DNA of 64,000 nucleotides from Takakia lepidozioides (lineage: Eukaryota; Plantae; Bryophyta). Where the stretch lies: contig CM060731.1 of the NCBI GenBank assembly GCA_030704615.1, positions 91,450,001-91,514,000 of the forward strand. Direction: 5' to 3'. Position 1 is the stretch's first letter. Each line of letters starts with the position of its first letter. This document shows positions 51,659 through 62,500 of this stretch, piece by piece. The position numbers and the translations under genes are program-made. The notes under the pieces are model-generated. The model saw nothing but the letters and a program-made list of their open reading frames with translations. It made no database searches and was not told the origin of the DNA.

Positions 51659-52873
51659 TGTCGGCTGTGTCGGGCTGTGACGGGCTGTATCGGCTGTGGC
51701 GGCTGTGACTGGCTGTGTCGGGCTGTGTTGGATGTGACGGGCTGTGGCGGTTGTGGCGGCTGTGACTGACTGTGACTGACTGTGACGGGCTGTGTCGGGT
51801 TGTGTAACCCCCCCCCCCCCTAAAGCCTGTTGCTGTCACCCCTAAGGCTCCTGTTGGTCTCAGTCTGTGTAAAAATTAAGGGTACCCCACAGAACCCTTA
51901 AAAGCGTTAAAGTCCCAAGCAGCCCTCTGACATTACCCCTCCCCCTCTCAAAAAACCGTGTCTTCATGGTTTACTGTTTAGGATTAGCAAACCTTTGTGA
52001 TCGAACACCCTTCTGACGGTGAGAGTCTCGTGAAGGACTTCGTGTGTGAGCCCGAGTCTTGTCACTGGTTGACGGAGATGATTGAGCACTACCTGGAAAT
52101 GTCTGACCCTCCTTTGGCTGATATCGAGGTAACCTCTCAGGCATAGGAGATCCCCGTCGTTTCTTTTCTGCCATCTGAAGTGCATAGTCTTCTGCCATGT
52201 CAAAAGAGTCCGCTGAAGAAACAGTAGTATTAGAATCGTCGTCCCCCCTGAGGTGTTTTAACGGTCGAACTCTAACTGGAATCCTCTATGGCATACAATG
52301 TGGTCCCACCATGTCTGGAAGTTTAAACTATACAACTTGTTGTAAACGCTTAATGGAAAAATTCGTGAACACCCTGAACTTCTTGTCCATAAAGGTGAGT
52401 GGTGTGCCAATGACTTGGGAACAGTGCAAGTATTTCCATGCCTCAAGTCCCTTAAAGAAAATATCGTCAGGGCCGAATTTCTGTGTTGTCAAATTGTTCC
52501 AGGCCGAATGAAACCATGAACGAAGTTGGGAATCCTTTTGCATCATAACTTTTGCTTCATATAGGTACATATGAGGTGGCACTGAAGGTAAGACCCAATG
52601 ATCCCCACTGGAATAACTCAGAAATTGCGATTGCATCTTCTGCTGCTCAATGTGATAACGTGCCAGAAAACAAGCAGCATAGTATAATTCACAGCCCATG
52701 ACAATACTTGCTACCTCCTTGGTCTTGATATAAATGTACCCATGTACAACTTGGAAGGCAATTAATTCCTTCAACATGGTACTTGCTTCAGACCAGTACC
52801 TCGCAAAGTGATGATCATCAATGGGTTGATTGTTCGGAAGAACCTTAGTCCTAGTTGCCACTGGCTGCCAAAC
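51659..52873 (-). mobile_element. 5' part of a Gypsy 3' LTR (to 51932), PPT and frameshifted paralogue of the extra 3' ORF
   Basis: TG start at 51932; PPT at 51933-51950; ORFs 51971-52861 closely match 50497-51498. Confidence 0.88.
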
Positions 52874-52874
52874 A

Positions 52875-55385
52875 GGGATGCCTCGGCGTGAGCCTGGTCA
52901 CGTGAGCGCGTGAGCACGTGAGCGCAACTGCGCTCACGCCACGTCACCTTGCGCAAATGCCACGTCACGGGGTTCACTCCACGTCATCACACGTGAAGGC
53001 CGCGTCACCACGCGCCCAGAAAGAAGTGGAGTGTATTCCCGCGGATTGGCACCCTTTACCGCGGAAACAAGCTGGACGACATAAAAAAAGGCATTGAATA
53101 AAGGATGGATGAATGTACAGTTGGATGATAAACAGATGGATGAGTGTGAAAAATGAATGTAGATGGATGAATGAGGGATGGATAAGAGTAAAATGGATGA
53201 ATGTATAATGGATGTTGAGCAATGACAAAAATTCATGACAGGAAGATGCATGACCAAATCTTTTGACGAATGCACCTCGTATATGAAATGAGTGTGGAAG
53301 GTTTGTGGGGTGGATTAAAGAGTACAGAGGATGAATGTACAATGGATGTTGTACAAAGGAAAAAATTCATGAATGGAGCACGCATGAATACAGTGTAGAT
53401 GAATGCACAATGGATATGAGAAGAGTCAGGGAGGTTTGTGAGATGGATTCATACATATTGCAATTTAAACGAAAGGTGATTCTGTGATTATTATTTGTTC
53501 TAAAGGAACAACTACGGTGGAGGAAGGGGATTCAACGTTTTCCAGATAATATGAAAATGAATATTAAAATAATACAGTTCAGTCTGACTCAGAGTCAGTA
53601 CAATGTATCCCCGCTTCCTCTGCATCTAAGTCTAAGTATTTTAGAACACCGGATCCACGCTGGATACACCTACGGCTGGCCACTAAAAAGTCAGGGGATA
53701 GGGACTCGGCCGCGTGAAGTGCCATTGCCTCGGCATAAACAGGAAGAAGAAAATTGGAAAGGGGGCTGTCGAAAACAGACTCGCCAGAAATGACTGTATC
53801 TCCTGAAGATCCACCGCTGCCTTTCCTGAAAGACAGTCTGAAAAAGTTATTACTGTAACTTTGATGTTATCGAGAAATTGAGTATGACTCCCAAAGAGGG
53901 TTTAGCACTTACTCACATGAAAAGTCGTTGTCGACCTGCTTATCTTCGGGATCATCATCATTTCGAATTTGAATCCGATCAGTCTGTGTGCCTGAAGTGG
54001 AGCCAGACAAAAGGGGGAGGAGCACTGTGTTGTAGAGGTCAGAATCACCCTCCATGCCAAAAAGGCTTCTTCCGCCTGCCTTGCATGCGTGGTAAGTTGC
54101 TCCTGCACCAGATAGGAGAACATGAACAGTTTGGAGGGGGGGATTTAAGCAGATGAAACTGTTGAAAGGAAACCAATTTGGAAGGGAAAAAACGAACCTG
54201 TGGACACAGAAAGATCGACCACCCGTGCAGAGCGGTGGCTGCATGACTCCAGCAGTATTTGCATGAACGCTGGTGACTTTTCCTTTGCACCTCTCCAGGG
54301 AGTGCCATCTGGTCTCTTCAGAGTCTGACTGGACTGCATGAAGTTGTACAAAATGTCATCGACATGGGGCTCATAGGGGGGTTGACGAAACAACCCTGGT
54401 CAGAAATCTCAAAGCTGCGAATGGAGGATGGTGTCTTTGAGGTGCGAATCCTCCGCAGGCAGATCGCCTCGAACATCCTCGTCTGGCAAAGATAGCAAGT
54501 TAGTGTGGTAAACACAATCTATAGTGGAAGTGTGTACATCGGCTATTCAGAACTCTGACACAAAAAAATCATGAATCGGTGATGATCGGTGTCGATCATA
54601 ACACATTCTACTAGAGTGGAGCTGCAGAGAAAATTGAAACTCATGATCAAAGCACAAGCAGAAGGGAGACGGCATACCAGCTGACCAGGGAAACCCCCTT
54701 TCACAAGGTAGAGGCTGTTCACACAATTCCATGTGCGCAAAACTTCAAACCCTGAAGACTTGAGGTATGATGCCAATGCCCGACGACTATCATTGTCACA
54801 TGACTGAAAAAGCAGAAGTGTCCCTGCATTAGAGAGGAAGTTGTTGCAGAACCCGAACACCCAACTCCAGTAGTTGTCCTCGAATTTGTTCCAGCCTGAC
54901 GTCTTGCCCTTTGGAAGAACTTCTGGCACAGCCTGGCCATCCGGGATGTCGAGAATGACAATATCGGCCGCATAAGTTTTCTGCACACCGCACACGAAGG
55001 TGGGACCTGTGCTCACCTGCAACAGACATGTTTTTTATAAGAACGATGGCAAGATTGTTTTCAAAGAACGAGACTGAAATACTGCCAACGAAACTTTCAG
55101 AGAAAAAGGAAAGAAACTGGAATTCTCACCAGATTGAGGAATGAGATTATATTGTCCCAGGTAGGGGATGGCACCCCAGTGTATCCTCTCTTTCGACTCT
55201 GCATCATCGAAAGCCAACCCTCATTAACAATTTTCATCTCTCCTGCGGAATCAGAACGGGAAGGGTGTGGCTTGGCATCGAACACGCACTGAAGAGTGCG
55301 GGTATATCTTCCAGCAGTAAAGTCCTGCCCACTCTCCATCTCCTTTTCATTCTCCTTCCCCTTGTCCTTTTCCTTCTCTTTGGAC
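52875..55385 (-). mobile_element. Terminal part of a MULE-like element (type-C subfamily)
   Basis: End GGGATGCCTCGGCGTGAGC with CGTGAGC repeats; homologous to 15480-16341; cut at 55386 by another MULE end. Confidence 0.75.
53587..55385 (-). pseudogene. Beta-class (N4C/N6A-type) DNA methyltransferase-like gene, 5'-truncated, multi-exon
   Basis: Motif IV-like ADIVILDIPDG and FLSNAGTLLLF, then motif X/I EKSPAFMQILLESCS..ARVVDLSVSTG|ATYHACKAGGRSLFGMEGD in beta order; GT-AG introns. Confidence 0.75.
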
Positions 55386-55921
55386 GAGGTTTACTATTTC
55401 ATGAGCAGAAACCATGAGCCATGAGCCATGAGCCGCATGAGCCGCATGAGCGGTGAGCCGAAGTCTAAGATACGCGGATTTCATGAGCGGACTCCTCCAA
55501 ATTTGGAAATGCGGCAGATTAAACAAGTATTAAAATAATAGTTTTTTATTTGACCTTGCCGTTTTTGGACGTTCCAGATCATGTAATGCGGCGAAGATAT
55601 GTCGTCAGTAACAAGTCCGCTCATGGTTTTTTAGATCCGCTCATGGAAATAAGTGACCGTGCAACGGGAAATCCAGTATACCACTGCAAATGGATGTCGC
55701 ATACTGGCCTGTATAGAGTATTCCGCGGTTTTACATGCCTTAACATTGGAATGAAGCTGACCCTTTTGCCGCGATTGAACCAATGGAGTCTGCACCAATA
55801 CAGTCTGCAGTACTTCACAATTCTGTCTTCTTCGGGTATTCGGCGGGAAAGGTTTGCAACTGAACTGGGAAATAAGGTGCCGCATTAGGGTTCGCACGTG
55901 CATTGGGACCGCAAGCCAAGC

Positions 55922-58900
55922 TCACTGGTCCCCTGGATCCATATTCAGAAGAGTGTGAACCTCCTGGGGGCTCAACCCTGGTGCATGTATGAAGTGATGA
56001 GTTGTGGAATTACAACGGAGTCTCTTTAGGTACACGTAGTACAAATGCTTGCAAGGGCAGTATGATGCCCCCTTGTTCGCCATGATCTGGAAGTCGGTGC
56101 AATTGCAGGTGGGTAATTCTGAAATGGTGATGGTGTACACCTCATTGCGAACAGCTGAGCCCACCGTGGCCATCTGATACACACGCCCGAATCCTGGTGG
56201 GGGCACTTCTGTCGAGCTCTGGATTGTACAGTTCATCCGAAGTGCATTCCCCATCCTTGTCTCGTTCACTTTTGAGGGAGGTCGCCGCCTCTTCGGTTTC
56301 CCCCAACGGTGTGTAGGATGCTTAGAGCTATCGTGTCCCATTGTTCTTGCTCTCACAGGGGTCGGTGGTGGAGGCTGTGGAAGCGGAAATGGTTCTCTGG
56401 GGACGTCAGTGCGCTGCACCATCCGAAATCCTGCGGCGGTAAGGGCGTCGGCCTCAACTTGACTCAGATCGCAGCCTGGTTCCACCGGCCACACCGGGGG
56501 AGCCTCTGGCATTGTTTGTATGCCGTACTTGGGCTTTCCATACACGCAAGTCATAATGTCGTGCCTGCAGAACCAAAACTGGGTGGTTGTCGCCTCCGCA
56601 AACTTTGCATGGACAAATCTTCCTGTAAAAGTAGGAGCAGGGATAGCCCCATCTGGATTCCTCCTTATCATCTCTAAACAACGTTGCCATGTATCCACAC
56701 GAATTGCGGAACACCTTCCTCGAAACAACGGCTTTGTGCGAGCAATTCTCCACTGTGAGGCAGACACAGTCGTCTCCACAATGGCTTGGCCATACTGCAT
56801 AACAGCGGGCGGAATCTGGGGCAAGGGAGCGGTGGGAATTTTTTGCACGAAATCCCCGGTTGAAGGCGACGGCAATCTGGAATTTCTTGGGCTTCCACTG
56901 CTGGAAGACACATTGTGCGGCAACATGACGGGACCTCGAGGTGTTGTCCGAATGTTCCTGTCGGATCTCCAGGAATCCTCTTTGCACCCGGGTTCCTCTT
57001 CAATCCTCCGCCTGACAGGGCGAGTCCGGACGTCCCCCTCTAGGTGTTCACCTCTGCGGTGCAGAGGCGTCCCTTTGATCTTCTCTCGCAATGTTGTCGC
57101 CCATTTCACTGGATTCTTGGACCTCGAAGCAGTTCGTACCAACAATTCCTCCCTGTCCGGCCCAAAGCCCCATTGTTTGCCGCTCAGGAACTTGTAGTAC
57201 GTGGCTTGCTGCATGATTGCTCTGTCGATGTCCTCCGTTGTGGCCGTCACTACGTCCACCAGATGTGCGGCAGAAGACGCTCGCCAGGAGGAGTGGACCG
57301 ATTCTGCCATATTCGTGTTCGGCATGTCCGTGTCGAAATCCAAGCACCGCTCCTAGAAGGACACAAACAATGGTGAGGGACCAATCGAAATGTCCGTAAC
57401 AGAAAGACAAATGAACGAAATTGACAGCAGCCTACCTCCCGCATGTATTGTCCGAACTGTCGATACCGAAAATGCCACCACCCCAACCAGCTGTGCAATG
57501 CTCCCAGATTGGTTGTCTCCACTGCACCTGACGTGTTCCACCAAGCCTCGATCATAGCAAACTTAACCTCCGCGTCATCAAATGTGGGTGCATCCTTCCA
57601 CGCCGTACAAAGGACACGGTGTTCAGCCTGGAATGAGCTAGCAACAAATTTGGTAGTGTAGTGGGATAGACTCTGCATCCAATGGAATCCACAGGATCTC
57701 TCTTTCCCCTCCATTGGAACATTGGGGTCCTCACCGTACACACGCCGCACCGCTGCCCAGTTGGCCTGAGCGCTCGGACTGTGTGTCCTCCCCTTTCATC
57801 TCGCAAATTGCAATCGTCATGAGCCTCTTGGAGTGATAGTCATAAACATGCGCACCCATAGTCACCCACTGATGGTTTGTAATTCACTTGATGTGATCAA
57901 ACATCACCCAAGCATTCGACAAGTTTCCAGTTGTCATGCGAGTGACCAAGTCGACTCCACTCCCAGGCCCACACGTCGACATTTTGAAAATGTAACAACG
58001 ATCGGATTCGCTGCCTTGCCCTGGAAACCTGCTACCTTGGATGTAGTCATATCCAGTCATTCGTTTCACCTCCAGGATTGAGTACATGTCCGACCCCCTG
58101 CCGAACTCCTGCTTGCAAGATACGATGTGATTCCGCACATTCGGACTACAAACGTGCGAGACGGACTCCAAGAGGTCACGCATCTCGTCTTCGGTCAAGG
58201 GCTCTCGGTCGGAACCATCTTCAGACATGATTTTGCCAAGAGCAATCTTGTGGGCTGCCTTCAGCTGAATCTGCTTTGGTCTGGCTCCGGGGCTCAATTT
58301 CACCTCCTCTTTTATGATGTCGTGTGCTTCCTGCCCAGCCTCACGCATGTTGCCTCTCGCCAAGGGGTGGCAGTGGACCCCAACGTGTATGCAAGCTCTA
58401 GTCAAGTCCGGGAGCAAATGGATAACGTAATATTGCTTGGCTCTGCACATGGACATGCACGTCGGTGGTTCTTTGCAATGTGCACACTTGAAAGAACCCG
58501 TAGGAGCTTGGCTGGAGACAATGAATGGATGATGCGTTGTGCCAGTCCAATCCGTCTCGTTTCTCCGCCCTCCTTTGGAGAGAAAGTGGAAGCAGGTGGG
58601 ATTGAGGCACCTCAGCTTCCCCGCACAGAGGACATATCGTACACGAACACCATCAGCAATTTTCGTGCTGCTGGTCTTCGTCACACACCAGGGGTGTCCG
58701 TCATGCTTTCAATCCATGTCTGTTAACATCCCGGAGGCTTGTTTGACGAAGAAACAGGTGGAAACTCGAAGATGACATTCATCGACTTCGGGAGGCAGAA
58801 ACGTTACCTTTCTGACTGGGAATTTGGCATAGTCGAGAGCAGCCAGCTCGGAGCGAGAACCATCGAGGCGATGTTGTCGTAGGAGCTGCACAATGGACCG

Positions 58901-59518
58901 GGTTGGAGTTATGCTCGAGGGCACATGCGTAGCACCTACAGAGACGTCCATGCCGGATTTGAACGACCGTGTGGAGGACATGGGTACCTCAATGCAATCA
59001 TCTTCCTCGTCGGAAATGTCGAATACGTCCACACGAGAAGCTATGGAGGGTCTTGACGGTCCAGGTCGGGAATGATTATCGTTGCATACCTCTCTGTTGG
59101 CAGTGGCCGCCTCTCGGTTTCCGGACTCCTTTGTGGATGGTGTGGGCAGCGACTGATTCGGAAAGGGAATGGGCATTCCCACAGCTCGGTACAGGATGGT
59201 GTCTGATGGGGGAACGTGCCATTCAATTCCGCAACCTCCGTCGTTACCTAGCACGACAATGGTCTCGTCAACCTGTCCAGGAACATCCTTCCTTTCTTCT
59301 TCCAAATAAACTGTGCCCGGTTTGAGCTTGAATTTGGAACAAAGGTAAGTTTCAGTCACTCTGCAAAGTCCTCCCTCGTTTGGGATCCAGAGGAAGCAGA
59401 TGCGTCTACAGGAGGAGATTGCCATCTCCGAGTAGCAGGCCACTCAGGCAACCCAGCCACCAGTGAGAGCTCCATGCGATCGGGCTGCGCGCAGCTGATC
59501 GAGCACCGAACCCCCCAT
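55922..59518 (-). pseudogene. GCM-like + MULE DDE + SWIM transposase, copy B
   Basis: Same domains and same intron position (57353-57435) as copy A; C-terminal SWIM CNCTDF...CKH; stop at 59444, frameshifts, deletion removing the second catalytic Asp at ~57770. Confidence 0.88.
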
Positions 59519-59559
59519 TTTGCTTCTATAATTCTTAGACTGAATGCTAGGAGACTTGA

Positions 59560-62500
59560 ATGCAGAACATGTTTGCATGCCTAACAGGAAAGGTGGACGT
59601 GCTGGAGGGATCGCAGGAATCCGAAGAGCCGCAGGAAGAGTCCGAGGAGCTAGCTGCAGCACGTACACCCACCCGATCCCCGAGCGCGGGTATTCCTGCC
59701 GGGCCTAGCCCTGTGCGATTCAAAGACGCGGCTTCGAAGGGCAAGTTCAAAGCCCCAGAGATCGACTCGCGTTCTTCGGTCATGGAGAATCGCCAGCAGG
59801 GGTCGGGCCCTTCTCTAGCAAAGTCGAAGAAGAAGCAGCCCGTCCCTCTACTGGTTTCTGAACCGGCTCAGGCCGATTCACCCCCCCCAACGCGAATGAA
59901 GCAGCAGGGTAAAAGACAGATTCAATTGCAGCAGACACCTTCACCTGCAAGGATGAGGAAGCAGAAGGCAATCAGGGCGACGGCCGAACAATCTCCCGCA
60001 AAACCGCTTCCACGAGCTGAAGCTCAGTTCCTGGAGGATTTCCCGCCTGCAGATGTTGGGGCCATCTCTGCTGCAGCGAAGGCAATGGGATCGACCGTTT
60101 TTGTCGATTTGGTACGGGAGGAGGGTGCTGCCGCTGAACATTCGTAGCCAGACCTCACCACTGATGAGCAAGCAGGCCCGGAGGAGGCCTCTGCAATGGC
60201 AGAATTGCCCGCACACAGGCCCCAGAGTGCAGTTCCAGTTGAGGATGCTCCAGCTGCTCAGCCACTACCGCACCTACAGACATGTCTCCGGAGGATTTCA
60301 AAAGTGCAGCGGATAAAATGTTGGAGGAGACACACAATAGCATTGGCAGAGTTCTGGGCAGCAGGGTATTCCAGTGGACTCTTCGAATCCCACTCTGTCG
60401 CATGGTCTCCCTTCCCATCGTCAGGCAGGCCCTTCCCGGAGATGTGGATAAGCTCAAGTTCGCATTTCGAGAAGGGTACCGTCTGGGATCGGCAACGTTT
60501 TACGTTTCCATTGAGAATGAGGACGGCGAAACTCGTGGATCCACTACCGATGAATTGTCAACGTGGGATACCCACTGGCACACTCGCAACGACGAATTCG
60601 AGGCGACGCTGAAGGGTGATCCGGACTTCGGCCATATGTCTGGTAAAATGTTCTTTGTGTGGGACGGGAATCACCGACTTCTCGCCTGGTGGGAGTACAT
60701 CAAGCAGAACCATGCCAAGCACATTGGCTGGCATTACATGGTGGAGTGTGTCATCCTGAGGTGAAGGCGGCAGACTCCTCCCTGCTCAAAATGCCATGGC
60801 GGACCTCAACTCGTAAGATACTCATACCCTCCCTAGCACGTTCGAAATGCGGTGCCGCATTTCGGTTTCCATTCTGGTTTGTTTCCGTGCTTCCGTGTAC
60901 TGAACTGGAGAGTGTGCCTTGCAGGGTCACTGAGAATGCGTACGTGCATACCCACATGGCACATATGCTATACAGGGTGAGGAAAACTGGTCTCACTGAT
61001 CCGCAGATGTTTGCGGAAATGCTGGAGCCCGAGCTCATTCAGAAAGCCGTTGCAAAAACAGACCGGACATGGTATCGTCTCACTATGGATGGAATGGTGG
61101 AGGTAATATACGAAGTAAGTTTGTCCTCCCATTTCCCTCTGCTCATCCTTCCCCAATTTCCAGTAATCTTTCCACATGAATCGAAATGTAACGCTTCTGC
61201 ATGTTTTGTTGGCAGTCAAACACAAGCTGGATTTGCCCACGCCAAACGCTTCTTCATGGAAAGTGAGGGCAAGGTCAAAACGTTGCAGTCATTGACTGAG
61301 CACTTGAAGGAAGCCGGTGTCAAGTCCAGAACCAAATACAAGTCAAAGCTTGTGAAGCTGGTGGCAATTGCAGATCCGGCACTTGGAAAGGACTTCATCC
61401 CCGAGATTGCAAAACACTATTCTCGGGCCATGCAGCCGACCATGCAATTGGAGAAACTGCATCACCTCTCAACGGCATGTGTGGAGGCGAAAGAGAAGGT
61501 GAGGTTTCAATGCACTGAAGTTCCTTCCTAGCAATAGCCCCTCTCTCCAGCTCCTGACATTGGATCGGAAATGGCAGACACGGTGGCTGTCGATCTGGAA
61601 TGCATCCGAGAGCATAAGGACAAATGTGGTCTTTTTCCACTCCACTCGAAGTTTCCGACCCTGCAGTGGATGTGTGGCTCAACCGCATGACTTGGTGGTT
61701 CCAGTAATTCAAGGTACTTCCCCAGATTTGCTTTTCTGAAATGAATTCCTGAACTGCTACGTGACAATGCATTTGGGAATCGCAGGTAATGTCGAATGCG
61801 AAGGAGCAAGTCGTAATGCACACAAATTCGTTCGGCTTGTACGTCAAATGGGATGGAACACAGACATTGGAAGACTACGTGACACGTTTCAGATGTGCGT
61901 ACAAGGACAACATTTCGCCAGAGAGCTACAGACAGCAAGAAGGAGCGTGGAGTTTACACATCAGGAAGGAGCGGGGAAAGTTGCAATGCGAATTGTTTAC
62001 ATGTGAAGCACAGCTGCCCTTGTATGCGAAGCCTGGTTACGAGGTTTGTCTCGGAAATGCGGCACCGCATTCGCATTTTATGTTTTCGGTGGCACTCTGC
62101 GAGTAGGTTGGTCTCAACTTTTGCTCACGCATGCTGACTGCCTGCAGGTATATGAAATACGTGCTCCTTCAGACAGGGGCCCTGCTCAAGAGCCCCCGTT
62201 CTCATGGCTTGGACCGTGGCGGGCCCAGCTGTGTCTACACACCCGAGATGCAGAAACAATGGCATCCCGCGATCTTGTTGGATGCCCGTGGTACCTGGAC
62301 ATGTCTGGCGGTATTGTTGACGAGTCTGAGAAAGATCTGCACGCCTTGGCAGAAGAGAAGAGAAAGGAAAGACGTGTCCCTGCTGGGCCAAAGTCGGCAA
62401 AGAAATCTGCTGCTCTGGAAGAATCCAGAAAGGCAGCTGAGATGGCACAAAAGACGGTGGATGCAGCTGTGCAGGCCCAACAGAAGGGGTCGAAGAAGAG

